A stretch of 64,000 nucleotides of DNA, from the NCBI RefSeq assembly GCF_964194155.1, contig NC_135893.1:75330001-75394000 (forward strand). Reading direction: 5' to 3'. This DNA comes from Cetorhinus maximus. Taxonomy: Eukaryota. Below, in pieces: positions 35,886 through 49,560 of the stretch. Both the position numbers and the translations under genes were made by a program. The notes below the pieces were generated by a model. The model saw only the letters and a list, made by a program, of their open reading frames with translations, did not search any database and was not told the DNA's origin. Within the stretch, counting starts at the first letter, position 1. Each line of letters opens with the position of its first letter.

Positions 35886-37354
35886 TATGGCTGAGTTGCA
35901 TACCTTGTCCAAGTCATTCTGTAGGGATGAAGGCCAATCTCCACATGCCAACTGAGATTTTCCAGTTGGCATGTGGGCTCCCACCACCCACTGAAGCTGA
36001 AACATGGCCAAGGGATGGAGGCAGCCTCGCGGTGGCAGACCGGCAATTGTAGGGGTGCAGCATTCCATCCTGCAAGGAAATCCGCACCCCCCCCCCCCCC
36101 CAACACCCGGCACCCGCCACAGCTGTGGCCACAGGCTATTCAGTAGAGAGGTTGCCTTGCCATGGTGACAGCCTGGTAACTGTGGCCTTTGTTTTTACTG
36201 TTATTTTTTTTAAAAATCACTTCAGCTCCATCACCTCCATCTTGAGACGTCTTCTTTCCTACCTGCATCGGCAGTGCCCATTTCTGGACAGCCACTTAAT
36301 TGACTGCCTCCTCTAAAATCAGCTTCTGGGTCCCAACGCTGGCATGTTTGGGTTTAGCCCAATGTTTCAGGCCAATGACCTTTAGTCTGAGAGATGTGAC
36401 AGGTTTTAAGCAAGTACAGGGGCAGGGAAAGGGGAAAACAAAAAGGAAGATCTCTGGTGGGGTGGGAGGCAGGAGTAAATAAATGACAAAAGGACTAATG
36501 GTGCAAAGCAAAAGGGGTTGGTAGTGGAACAAGTAAAGAAACTAAAAATGAGTGTAGAGAAGGTGTAAATGACAACAGCAGAATCAATGGGCCTGAACTT
36601 TGGCAAGTGGCGATCAGAATTGGATTTGCCGCTCAGTGCCTACTTTCTTACTTGGAAATCGAGACGATCCTTTCTTGCCCAACCTTCCAACTCAGGCCGG
36701 GTGAGAGCTATGCAGGGCAGCGGGCTCCTGAGGCCTTCAGTTGATGGCTGCAGTGTCGGTAGTAAGTTGGCCACATCCCCTTTTTTACAACACTAGCTGC
36801 CATAAATCAGGTAAGTTAAAAGGTCCAGCCACTTTCAAATCAGGGAGAAGGTAGGTTTGTAGGATAAGGATAGGATTTTGGGGCAGGGGGCAGGGATGGC
36901 TGGTCAGGGAGGGTTGGGTGGTGGCTGGTCAGATTTGGCGGTGGGGGGAGGGGTGGGTCAGTGGTGGGTGGAGTGTCAGTCAGGCGAAATAATCAGTGGG
37001 GGGGTCCAGTCGGGGGTGTGCAGTCAGAGGGGCGGGGTGTGTAGGTGGGGGGAGGGGTTGCAGTTGGGAGGTTCCCTGCGGGTTGGGAGGGGGGAGGGGT
37101 ATGGGATCCCATGAGGACAGTCAGGAAGATAGTTGGGGGTTCTGGGGGCTGGGTGTGGGAGGGTTCCCGTGAGCGATGGTGTCTAGTGGGGAAGGAGGGG
37201 GGGTCGGTAGGAGTAGTCAGGGGGTCCCTCGGTGATGGAGGGGGTGTGGTGTGGTTGGGGGAGTTCCCCTGCACATCTTTGGGGTACCCCCAGATACACT
37301 GCCCTGGAGCTCAGAAGTTACAGGTCTATTATCAACACCTGCTGTCTGAAAAAA

Positions 37355-37610
37355 ATAGGAGCAGCGATTGCGATCTGAAATTGTTGAACTCGATGTTGAG
37401 TCCGGAAGGTTGTCGAGTGCCTAATCGAAAGATGAGATGCTGTTCCTTGAATTTACATTGAACTTCGTTGAGACAGTGTAGGTGGCTAAGGATAGAGAGT
37501 TTAGAGTAGGATTGGGGTGGAGGATTAACATGATAGGCAACTGAAAGCTCAGGGTGGTGCTTGTGAACTGAATGCAGGTGTTTGCCAAATGATTTCCAAT
37601 CTTGGCAGAT
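37355..37610 (-). pseudogene. Penelope GIY-YIG endonuclease C-terminal remnant
   Basis: FGKHLHSV..PELSVAYHVN..LSIL..KFKEQHLIFRLGTRQPSGLNIEFNNF. Confidence 0.8.
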
Positions 37611-37744
37611 GGAGCATATAAAAGCAAAATACTGTAGATGTTGGAAATCTGAAATAAAACTGAAGAAGAAATGCTGAAGAAGAGTCATACGGACTTGAAA
37701 TGTTAACTCTGTTTCTCTCTCCACAGAAGCTGCCAGGCCTGCTG

Positions 37745-38210
37745 GAGTATAATGTGGGGAAGTGTGAGGGTATTCACTTCCATAATAAGAATAGAAAAGC
37801 AGAACATATTTTAAAAGGCTTGAAACATATACATGCTGATGTTCAGAAGGACTTGGGTGACCTCGTGCAAGGAACACAGAAAGTCAGCATGCAGGTACAG
37901 CAAGCAATTAGGAAGGCAAATGGCATGTTGGCCTTTATTGCAAGGGGCTTGGAGTACAGGACCAAAGAAGTCTTGCTACAATTGTACAGGGTCTTGGTGA
38001 AACCATACCTGGAATACTGTGTGCTGTTTTGGTCCCCACATTTAAGAAAGGATACATTTGCATTATAGACGGTACAGAGAACGTTCACTAGATTGGTCCC
38101 TGGGATGAGGGGGCTGCCCTATGATGAGCAGCTAAGTAAATTGGGCCTATATTCTTTGGAGTTTAGAAAAATGAGAGGTAACCTCATTGAAACATAAAAG
38201 ATTCTGAAGG
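37745..38210 (+). mobile_element. CR1 LINE fragment
   Basis: YNVGKCEGIHF..QVQQAIRKANGMLAFIARGLEY..LEYCVLFWSPHLRKD. Confidence 0.85.
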
Positions 38211-38909
38211 GAACAAAAGCAAAATACTACAGATGTTGCAAATCTGAAATAAAAACAAAATGCTGGAAATACCCAGCAGGTCTGGTAGAATCTGTGGAAA
38301 GAGAAACAGTGTTGCCATTTCAGGCCAAGGGCCTTTATTTAGACTCTGAAAGGGGTGGTGGGTAGTATCGAGGAGTGGACAAGGATGCCGCAGAGCAAAT
38401 GATCCACTACCATCACCTTTAGCTTTGCACCATCACCCCTTTTGTCATTTAATCACTCCTGCCTTCCACCCTAACACAGATCTTCCCTTTGGTTTTCCTC
38501 TTTCCCTGCCTCTGTACTTGCTTAAAACCTGTTATATCTCTAAATTCTTCCAGTTCTGACTAAAGGCAGGTGGCACCATGGTGGAGGGGCAGAGATGATC
38601 CATTGAATGTGGAAGTTGGTGGGATGAAAGGTGGGGACAAGGGCAACCGCATCGCGGTTCTGGGAGGGAGGGGAAGGGGTTGGGCAGCGGTGAGGGAACT
38701 TCTGCTAGTTCTGACAGAAGGTTATCAACCCAAAACATTATTGGGTGAGACTTTAAATCACTCGAAACCCATTCACTTACACAGTTAACATTGAGCCCAA
38801 TATTAGCTCTGTTTCTCTCTTTACACATGCTGCCTGACCTGTCATTTTACCTTTTTTTCCAGATTTCCAGCATTTGCAGGATTTGACTTTTGTTATAAAC
38901 AAAATCTTA

Positions 38910-39240
38910 GCTCAGTGATAATGCACTTACATCTATGCCACCAGGTTATGGGTTCAGGTCCACTTGAGAGATTTGAGCCTCTCATCTAGGCTAGCCTGGC
39001 ACTCCAGTGCAGTACTGAGGGAGATGCTGTCTTTTGGATGAAATATCAAACCAGGGCCCCACCTGTACTCTCAGGATGGATACAAAAATATCCCATAGCA
39101 CTATTCAAAGAAGGATAGGGTCATTGCATTTCCTTACAATACAACAATGACTACACATCAGAAGAACTTCATTGGCCCTGAAGTGCTTTATGACATTCTG
39201 AGATTGCAAAAAATGCTGTATAAAAACAAATCCTTTCTAT
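38910..39240 (+). mobile_element. DeuSINE copy
   Basis: TAGCTCAGTG..GGGTTCAGGTCC..CACTCCAGTGCAGTACTGAGGGAG. Confidence 0.65.
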
Positions 39241-39829
39241 TGTAACTCAGAGGAGGTAATGACCAAACTTTAGAGCACTGTCGTTAGGACGCACCTTGAA
39301 TACTGCATCCAGTTCTGAACACCAGGAATCAAAAAGGACATTCAAACATTGGAGGCAATGCAGCGAAGTGTCAGGATGCTGATCGCCAGTGTCAGGGATC
39401 CGAGTTATGAATAGAGAATGGAGAAACTTGGGTTTTTCAGGAGCCAACGTAGAAGTAATTTTATAGAGATATATAAAGTTATTAAGGGTATGGAAAGAGT
39501 TAACCAGAATAGAACAGGGAGAGTCAGCTTCAAACTAGAGAGGGTAATTTTAGGACAGTTATCAGGGAAATTCTTCAAACACTGTTCAGCGTGTGAATTA
39601 AACTTCCAGGTAGAATAATCCAGGTGAAACCTTGGGAATCAATTAAAAAGCAACTGGATAGTACAACAGGGTGATATTAAATCTCTGAGATGGATCAATC
39701 AAGATGGGCTGAAAACAGTTCTCATCTCGTAAACTACATTTTCATTAAAAGTTTTGACTACCTGGACAGAAAAATTATTTTGATCTGTTTGTGATCTCGA
39801 ATTACCTTAAAATGACATACAGTCATAGC

Positions 39830-41030
39830 TAAACTATGGAAGACCTTTTGGCCCATTGTGTCTGTGCTGGCTCCTTGGTAGACCTATCCTTTTAAACCCA
39901 CTCCCCTGCTCTTTCCCCAGAGCCCTGTATTTTCTTTTCCTTCAAGTATTTGTCAAATTCTCTCTTGAATGTTGTGGTTGAATCTTCTTCCACTTTCAGG
40001 GGTTCCAGATCACATTGACTCACTGGGTATAAAAGTGTTTCCTCGAGTTGTCTTTTGCCAACCACCTTAAATCTGTACTCCCTGGTTACCAAGCCTTCTG
40101 CCACTGGAAACAGTTTCTCCTTACTTACTCTATCAAAATCATTCATGATTTTGAACACCTTTATCAAATCTCCTCTTAACCTTCTCTGCTCTAAGGAAAA
40201 CAATCCCAGTTTCTCCAATCTCACCACAAAGCTACCATCCCTGGTACCATTCCAGTAAACCTCTGCGTTCTCTCTAAGACCTTGATATCCTTCCTAAAGT
40301 GTGGTGCCCAGAATTGAACACATCACCCCAACCTGTGTTTTGCAAAGTTTCAGCATGACGTCCTGGCTTTTGTGATACTATTCCTTTATTAGTAAAGTCA
40401 GCAATCCCACATATTCTTGAACAGTCATCTCAACTTGTCCTGCCACCTTCAAAGATTTGTGTACATACACTCCTGGGCATCTATTCCCGAACCCTTTAAA
40501 ATTGGACCATTTGGTCCTTATTGCCTTTCCTTTCCTCCTGCCAAAATGAGTTTGGTCACACTTCTCTGTGTTAAATTTCACCTGCCATGTGCCTGTCCAT
40601 TTCACTAGTCAATGTCCTCGCCATATCATCTGCAAACTTTGAAATTATGCCCATGTCTATGTCATTAATATACATCAAAAAGAATAGTGGTCCTAATAGT
40701 GACCCCTGGGGAACAGCATTGTATACCTCTTTCTCCAGTCCAAAAAGCTTTCTGTGTCTTATCCAATTTTATATTCATGCTGTCACTCCCCCTTTAATCC
40801 TATGCGTTTTGGCTTAACCAACAGGTCTATTATTTGGTACTTTGTCACAAACCTATTAAAAGCCCATATACACAACATCAACCACACTACCCTCATCAAC
40901 ACTCTCCGTTACTTCATTAAAGAACCTGATCAAGTTATTCAGACATGATTTGCCTCTCACAAAACTGTGCTGAGTTTCATTTATTCGCCCATACTTTTCA
41001 AATACCAATTAATTTTGTCCAGGATTATTG
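39830..41030 (-). mobile_element. CR1 LINE 3' part
   Basis: RLEKLGLFSLEQRRLRGDLIKVFKIMNDFDRV and WQVKFNTEKC. Confidence 0.8.
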
Positions 41031-42186
41031 TCCTCCCTGCAAGCTATGCTGGTTTCTAACCCCCTAACTAGGCTTTCTGCTCTCAACATCCCAACCTTGT
41101 CTATCTCTCCCCTGACTTTTCCTACCTCTTCCCCCTCTGCCTTTATAATCTCTTCCCATCACCAGCCTCCAATCTCCCCTGCTTTTTCCAGTCTCCTCCA
41201 GCCTTCCTGATCTCCCTCCTTGGCCTCAAATCTCACCTTGGCCTTTCCCCTTAACGCCCTGCCCTCCACCCCTGACCTATCCATGTTCGCACCCTTGACC
41301 TTACCTATCTCCCACTTTCCCCCAGCCTTTTTGATCACCCCCTGCCCATTCTGATCTCCCCTTCAGCACCAATCTTTCTTCCCTCCCTCTTCCCAGCTTC
41401 CAATCTCACCTCCAACCTTCAATTTCTCTCCCCCACCTCTAGCCTTTCCAATATCCCCCTCCCTTCTCTCCAGTTGATGGCTGAGGGCTGGTTTCGAAGG
41501 CTTGCCCACCTGATAGCCTCTCAACCCAGCTGGCTGTAGCTGGGAAACAGAGACAAAAATGTTAATCAGATCCTTCCATTGAATTTATCAGGACCTGATT
41601 GAAACTATGGTTCCTCAACTGTAAAATTGCCACCTCCACTCCCTCCCTGTGAATGTCAAAGTCATTGTGTCGAACTATTTCCCTACAACAGTAGCACTCT
41701 GACTGGCCTGCTGGCTTTGGCCCTCTTCTCTTTCTCTGGCACCCCCATATCTAAAGAGGATCAGAAGATTGTGGCCAGAGCCTTCACAATTTCCACCCTT
41801 GCTTCTCTCACCCGCCTAAGTTGTATCCCATCTGGACTGGTGACTTCTACTTTGAGAACTGTGAACCTTTTAAGTACTTCCTCTTTTTAACGAGCCCAAT
41901 ATATTTTCACCTACCTCCTTTACTGCTCTTTTAAGGTGGCATCCTTTTCTCTAATGAGAACAGATGCAAAATCTTTTAACACCTCAGGTTTGCCCTCTGC
42001 TTCCACAAGAAGATCTTTTAGGTCTCTAATTGGCCCAACTCTTCCTTTAACTGCCTTTTTATTATTCATCTGTTTATAAAAAGGCTTTAGGGGTCCTTTT
42101 TAAGTGAGCTGATTATCTAGCCTCATACTCTCTTATTGGACGACTTCTTCCCATTTTTTAAACCTATATTCAGCTTGGTTCTCTAC

Positions 42187-43009
42187 TAGGGTTGCCAACC
42201 CTCCAGGATTGGCCTGGAGTCTCCAGGAATTGAAGATCAGTATCCAGGACACTTCTGTGTGCTACCTTGGAGAAAAATCATCAGGACATTAAAAAATATA
42301 GTTTTTTTTGTCACTTTCTTTGAATATTTCTCTTTTTCAGATATAAAAATATTGAAAATGGGAAAAACCAGCTGATTGGCTGACAGTCAAGCATTATCTA
42401 AGTGGATAATGAGTCTTTTTGCTTTCTAATTGGTGTAGGAAGGCAGTATATCACAAGGATTGACGTGATGGGCAATTGATACCTTATGAGGAAAGGCTGG
42501 ACAGGCTGGGCCTGTATATATTGGAGTTTAGAAGAATGGGAGGTGACCTTACTGAAAAATGTAAGATCCTGAGGGGACTTGACAGGGTGGATGCTGAGGG
42601 GATGTTTCCCCTTGTGGGAGAGACTAGAACTAGGGGGCACAGTTTAAAAATAAGGAGTCTCCCATTTAAAATGGAGATGAGAAGAAATTTTTTCTGTCAG
42701 GGGGTTGTGAATCTTTGGAACTCTCTTCCCCAGAGAGCGGTGGAGGCAGGGTCAACAAATATTTACAAGGCAGAGGTAGATATATCCTTGATTAACAAGG
42801 GAGTCAAAGATTATCGGGGTAGGCGGGAATGTGGAGTTGAGGTTACAACCAGATCAGCCATGATCTTATTGAATGGTGGAGCAGGATTAAGGGGCCGAAT
42901 AGCCTACTATTGCTCCTAATTCATATGTTCGACTAATGGCTGGAGTGTGGGGGATATAGTCATATGATGAAGCCTCCAGGAATACACTTACTCACAGTTG
43001 GCAATCCTA
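42187..43009. mobile_element. Non-autonomous hAT-type DNA transposon
   Basis: TIR TAGGGTTGCCAAC / GTTGGCAATCCTA. 8-bp TSD TTCTCTAC (42179-42186) and TTCTCCAC (43010-43017). Confidence 0.85.
42478..42930 (+). mobile_element. CR1 3' end nested in the hAT element
   Basis: YEERLDRLGLYILEFRRMGGDL..TRGHSLKI..RNFFCQGVVNLWNSLPQRAVEA, plus the 3' tail GATCAGCCATGATC..CCTACT. Confidence 0.88.
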
Positions 43010-43299
43010 TTCTCCACCCTATTATCAATTGTCATAAGCTTCCATGCTCCCATCTCATTTTAGCCTTTGTATCTTTAGTCAGCAAATTTGCCAAGTGGGT
43101 TTGACACATTCACACACTGCCAGCAACAGTAAACTTGCCAAATCTCACTCACTTGGCACTTATCTTAGTTGTCTTTTTAAACAAAAAGGGGGGAAAAAAA
43201 GAACAGAAACTTTATTATCTGATTCTTGCTGCCCATGAACACAACCCCTGACTTTTTCCCTCCACCGAGGGGTGGCAGGCAGGGGCTGTGCTCTCCCGA

Positions 43300-43454
43300 A
43301 GACTTTCGCTTGCAGGGAGACACCGCGCGGTGGCGCGCTCTGCCTGCGTGCACGCGCGCCGGGAGGGCGGGCGCGGGCGCGCTCTCGCCGCGCGTCCCTC
43401 GAGACTTGGTGGCGAGCCGGGACGCCGAGAGACAGACAGAGAGAAAGACTCAAG
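43300..43454 (+). promoter_or_regulatory. Small CpG island: synaptogyrin promoter / 5'UTR
   Basis: Dense CGCG and GGGCGG motifs in otherwise CpG-depleted DNA, directly before the ATG. Confidence 0.75.
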
Positions 43455-43553
43455 ATGGAAGGAGGTGCGTACGGAGCTGGCAAGGCTGGTTCTGCTCTGG
43501 ATCCCATCTCTTTCCTCAAACAACCCCAAACCATCCTCCGCATCCTCAGCTGG
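43455..43553 (+). CDS. SYNGR3: Synaptogyrin coding exon 1 (probably SYNGR3)
   Basis: CAAGATGG start; MEGGAYGAGKAGSALDPISFLKQPQTILRILSW|GTAAGG. This is the 99-nt exon typical of the family. Paralog assigned from the GFER-SYNGR3 adjacency in human 16p13.3 and the ALDP.SF motif. Confidence 0.85.
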
Positions 43554-46334
43554 GTAAGGCAGATGATTTCATAAATGCAAATAGTATTTATTTCTTTTTT
43601 TTTAAAATAGGAAAATGGAATTGTAAATGCAATGTGTTTTTTTTTCAATAAATTGTGGAATGAGAAATTACAGGCATCACCTACCTGGTGGAAATGAGAA
43701 CCCAGGTATTTGTGTGATGTCCATTCATCATTAAAACCTATTTCTCCTCCTAGTCTGTGTATTTCTGTCATTCTGGCAGCAAATATGTGAAATGTCGAGG
43801 TGATCTAATTATTATTAAAACATATAGGGTCAGAAAAGCCAGGTATTGCTGTAATATTCATTCATTGTTCAAAGTGGAGGTGGATACAATGTAGAAATGC
43901 GTCGATTTTTTTTTTCTCGTAATTTTTAAGGTTTCTGTACTGCTCATTGTCCAAACACATTTACAAATATTAAGGTAACAGTTTTTAGTTGCTTGAGATT
44001 TAAACGATCTCTCAAGTCTTCCAGACGTGAATGACACCGCGCTTGCCAGTTGCTTTTTCTTAAAATAAATATTTTACAGCATTTTGCGGATGTATTCTTA
44101 TTTCCACCTGTATGATGGTGGGGGAAATCCAATTTCACTTCTGTACATTTCAGTGGTGGGGAACATAACCAGAGTTACTTATTATTTAATATAAAATAGA
44201 AACAGATTTTTTTTTCATGTCTGTTGCATGGTGTTGTTGCTTTGCGTTAGGACAAATATGTGTTACAATTAAAATGTTGTCTAAAGTCAGAACTGAATAT
44301 GTTGCCATTCCATGTCCTTCTGTTGCAATGTGTGTGTTTCCCTTTTGGTATTTCAATAAATTGTCACAGGTTATTGTTAACTGTAACCCCTGCAATTCCA
44401 GGGAAACATTGTGGGAAAGTCCTCATTTTTATTAGTTAGTGCAGAAAATTATAAACCCCTCGTTTCAAACAGATGACCTTTCAGGAAATGGTTTACAAGG
44501 GGTTTTTCTCTCAGTTCAGATAGCGCCATCAACCACATAGTTGGCCAGAGATTAAGTAGCAGCTTTCATTTCTCCTGATGTCTGTGCTTTCTTTCACAAT
44601 ACATCATTCTGGCTGCTTGTACAGATTTTATTTTTTCCTAGGGACTTTTGAACTAGTCATCCGACATTTGATCACGTTTCCAGACCCAATGATGTCAACA
44701 GAAGGTCTATTATTGAAATTGATTGAAGAGTACCAGGATTTGGCATGGATGATGTGCATTGCCACTGGTTCATTCTTGATGTTTTGTCATGCTTTACATA
44801 TTTTAATTGCACCCAGCGTGTTCTATTTTGCTTTGTGCCCAGTAACTGATTTTTATAAATGGACAGTGTTTCTTGAAAGAGAGAGGCCACCATCAAGTGC
44901 ATAGATACTTGTGACATTCTATCTTACATATCCTGATGTTGTTTCAGTTCTTCAGGAGTGGGAGTATCACCCAGTACATTCTCGAATAAGATTTCATACA
45001 TCATTTACTGACTGTTCCTATTGGATGACACAAAGTTATAATTTCTGACTGTAAAATTGGGTTAAAGCCAGTGTGTGCCCTATGCGCTGATCAGAACTGT
45101 TTGCTACCCAGACAATGGTACACTTATGCCCTGTGTCTCACCTGCTCAAACAATCACTAAACTTACACTCACCACAGTAACGTACATGCAATTCAGACAC
45201 AGGTGTGATACCCTTTTCCTTGTGTTGAAATCAATTCATTATTATTATTCAAAAAACAAAAGTAAAGTCTAATTTTTATTTATTGGTTAAAGCTGAGCAG
45301 GCAGTAATGGGTTTTTAAATAAATGAGGTGAATAAGGTGAGGGGTGGGTTAAATTAAAAACAAATGAATTATATTAAAGATACTGCTCCCAGATTCTGCA
45401 TCCCTAATCAATTAATTATATCCAATGAAGCAAACAGAAGACTGGACTGAACAAAGTTTGTTCATGTCACTTGTACCTGTTGCAATTAGTCATGGATTCT
45501 TCCTATTTCAGGGAGAACACCCAATGCAATATGTCACACTGTTGGTAACATTCTCTGCACTAAGGAGAATTACTCACAATGTCTATTTATTACCCACAGC
45601 TTCTATGCATTAATTAAATTCTACACATAAGGATTAATTTTGTTGTGAAATGTGGCTTCACAGCCCTGTGGAGATGGGCAATTTATAACAATTGATGGAC
45701 TTAGCTGACATCGTTGATAAAATCCCTTCTTAAAGCATGTTCTGGAGGAAGAACAGCAATGTGTACTCTCAATCTGGGATTCCATTTGGACTCATCTTTT
45801 TTAATAGTGCCACCTGAATAATGATCTTTGCTTTTGAATAGCATCCAGGATTAGGAGGTATGCTGCTCTCTACTCTGCTCTGAGTGCATTTTGCTGCCAA
45901 GATTTGTAGGTTGATGTCAGCTGAGTACATTTGCTAACTTGGATCCTCTCTAGCAGCCTTTCACTGTAATGTTAATCACCCAGGTATGGAAATCTGTGGA
46001 AGATGCAAGAGATTAAATACTTTACATTGAAAATATTCCTCTTGCCCCATTACATAGTTCATTGCTTTCATTTGCACTAACGTGAGTTAAAATCAATGTT
46101 GCAGATTGTAAGGGGGTGTCATGTGTTAGTTACACATCAGTAAAATAAAATCCAAACAAATGTAAATCAAAATACAATTCGCTGACTCGTGTTATGCATA
46201 TAACAACAGGAACGTTTAATGGACAAAGCTTTTATTTTGCCAAAAACTCACTGGCACTGGTCGATTCACCTGGAGAATTATTTATAGTTTGAAAACATGA
46301 CCTGAAAGAATCCCAATAGGACATCACTATTAAT

Positions 46335-48600
46335 CATAAGAGCATAGGACTTAGGAACAGGGATAGGCCATTCGGCCCTTCAAGCCTGCTCTGCCATTCA
46401 ATAAGATCATGGCTGATCTGATTGTGGTCTCAACTCCACTTTCTTGTCTGCCCCCCCATAGTCCTTGATTACCTTGTCAGTCAAAAATCTGTCTGACTCA
46501 GCCTTGAATAAATTCAGTGATCCAGCTTCCACTGCTCTCTGGAGAAGAGAATTCTACAGACTATACACCCTTTGAGAGAAGAAAATTCTCCTCATCTCCG
46601 TCTTTAAAGGGCGACCTCTTATTCTTAAACTGTGTCCTCAAGTTCTGGACTCCCCCAGAAGTGGAAACATCCTCCCGTTATCCACCCTATCAGGACCTCT
46701 CAGGATCTTTTATGGTTCAATAAGATCACCTCTCATTCTTCTAAACTGCGATGGGTATAGGCCCAACCTGTTCAACCTTTCCTCATAAAATAAGTCCTTC
46801 ACCCTAAGAATGAGTCAAGTGAACCTTCTCTGAACTGCTTCTAATGCAGTTATATCCTTTTTCAAATAAGGAGACCAAAACTGTACACATTATTCCAAAT
46901 GTGGTCTTACCAAGACCTTGTAGAGCTGCAGTAAAACTTCCCTGCTTTTATATTCCATGTCTTTTGCAATAAATGCTAACATTCCATTGCCTTCCTAATC
47001 ACTTGCTGTATTTTCATACTAATTTTTTTGTGATTTATGTACCAGGACACCCAGATCCCTCTGTATCACCGAGTTCTGCAGTCTCTCTCCATTTAAATAA
47101 TATACTGCTTTTCTGTTCTTCCTGCCAAAGTGGACACATTCACATTTTCCCACATTATACGCCATCTGCCAAATTTTTGCCCACTCATTTAACCTATCTA
47201 TATCCCTTAGTAGGCTCTTTACCTCCTCTTGGCAACTTACTATCTTGATGTCATCAGCAAATTTGGCTACCACGCATTTGGTCCCTTCATCCTAGTCATT
47301 GATGTTAATTGTAAATAGTTGAGGCCCCAGCACTGATCCCTGTGGCACTCCACTAGTTACAGCTTGCCAATCTGAAAAAGACCCATTTATCCATACTGCC
47401 TGCTTCCTGTTAGATAACCAATCCTTTATCCATGCTAATATGTTACCCCCTACACCTTGAGCTCTTGTGTAGTAACCTTTGATGTGGCGCCTTATCAAAT
47501 GCCTTTTAGAAATCCAAGTACACCATATCTACAGGTTCCCCTTTAACCACTTGTTTGTTTCTTCCTGAAAGAACTTTGATACATTAGTTAAACACAATTT
47601 CCCTTCCACAAAGCCATGTTAACCCTGCCTGACCCTATTATGATTTTCTAAGTATCCTGCTATAACCTCCTTAATAATGGTTTCTAGCAATATCCCTATG
47701 ACAGATTTTAGGCTAACTGACCTATAGTTTCCTGCTTTCTGTTTCCCTCCTTTCTTGAATAAAGGCGTAACCTTTGCTATTTTCGCTGGGCCCTTCAAGA
47801 ACCTAAGGAATTTTGGAAGATTATAACCAATGCCTCTACTACATCTGCAGCTACTTCTTTTAAGACCCTAGGATACAGACCATTCGTTCTGGGGGACTTG
47901 TCAGCCTTTCGGTCTAATAGTTTTCCCAGTACCTTTTTCCTGGTGATGGTGATTATTTTAAGTTCCTGCCTCCCTTTCACCTCTTAATTTTCAAGTATCT
48001 CTGGGAAGTTTTCTGAGTCTTCTACAGTGAAGGTGGGCACAAAATAACTGTTCAACACTTCTGTCATTTCCTTGCTTTCCATTATTAATTCCCCTTCTCA
48101 CTAGGCTAGAGAATCAATACACGCTTTAGTTACTTGTAGAAACTCTCACCATCTGTTTTTATATTTCTAGCTAACTTTCTCTCATACTCTAATTTCTCCC
48201 TTTTTTTTGGCCATTCTTTGCTAAAACCTGTCCAATCTTCTGACCTACTTTGCAGAATTGTACAGTGTTTCTTTCAATTTGATATGATCTTTAACTTTCT
48301 TATTTAGCCATGGATAAAGGCTTCTCAGAGCCTTTCTTTCTCATTGGGATAAATCTTTGCTGAGTGTTATTAAATGTCTCCTTAAAAGCCTGTCAGTGCA
48401 TCTCTAATGTCTTACCTTTAAACCTAGTTTCTCAGTTCACTTTAGTCATTTCTGTCTTCATAACCTTATATTTACCTTTATTTATGTTTAAAACACTAAT
48501 TATAGACCCGCACTTCTCTCATTCAAACTCAACATGAAATTCTATCATGTTATGATTGCTGTTGCATACAGGCTCCTTTACTATGAGCTTATTGATTAAC
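46335..48600 (-). mobile_element. CR1 LINE, 5'-truncated and decayed
   Basis: [30 protein letters not shown] and WQMAYNVGKCECVHFG. 3' tail near 46340. Confidence 0.9.
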
Positions 48601-49179
48601 CCTGATAGTCCAATATCTTGTAATTGACATGTCTCCTTTGTTTCCATTCCATCCTTTCGTACTACCTCTCTTTCAGTTTTTTTTCAATAACTTAGAAAAA
48701 GGTTTTTCAATGATAAGCATTCTTTAAATATTTTATTGTCTAGTTATGTTATATTATTAGTTTAATTTCTTGGTGTGATGTAATTTTGATTCCTGTAACA
48801 GTTTAAACTTTATTTAATTGCTTTATTTAATTTTGCTAACACCTTGAGTAAACAATAATGAATAATTTATGCCTTTATTCCTGTTTATTTTAATCTTGTT
48901 TAAGCCTGCCCTCTCATTTGGCCCTGAGCAAAATAGCATTCTCTTGCTGAGAGATCAAACAACACACCCTGTTCTCGGGCTTCTGTTAACCAAATTATAA
49001 AAAGGGGAAGTAGAAAGTCACTGGATAATGTGCACTCTGAACTTCCCCTGTGCAAAGAACACCTCTTCCTGATGGCATGACTTGAGCAATGTGGGAAATT
49101 AACAAAGGCTAGCACATGTCCCACTACTCTGGTGCCTTTACCACATTTATTACATGGAGGTATTTTTAAATTATTTATT

Positions 49180-49560
49180 TATTCTTTCATGGGATGTGGA
49201 CATCATTAACAGCCCACATTTGTTGCCCATGCCTAATTGCCCTTGAACTGAGTGGCTTGCTAGGCCATTTCAGAGGGCAGTTAAGAGTCACCCACATTAC
49301 TGTGGACCTGGAGTCACATGTAGGCCAGACCAAGTAAGGATGGCAGATTTCTTTCTCTAAAGGGCATTAGTGAACCAGATGGGCTTTTACCAGTTTCATG
49401 GTCATCGTTACTGAGTCCAGTACTGAGTTATAAGCCAGAATTTACTAATTGAATTTAATAACTAGCTGCCATGGTGGGACTTGAACCGTGTCCCCAGAGC
49501 CATTAGCCTGGGCCTCTAGATTACTAGCACAGTAACATTACTGCTACACAACCATCTCTC
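49180..49560 (-). mobile_element. Uninterrupted copy of the tRNA-headed SINE with the LINE tail
   Basis: Collinear with 9651-9859 joined to 10555-10681. Confidence 0.78.

Noticed and set aside
44500-44530. REST/RE1 site in synaptogyrin intron 1 (GATAGCGCC)
   Set aside because: Only a right-half-like match; no TTCAGCACC left half at the proper spacing.
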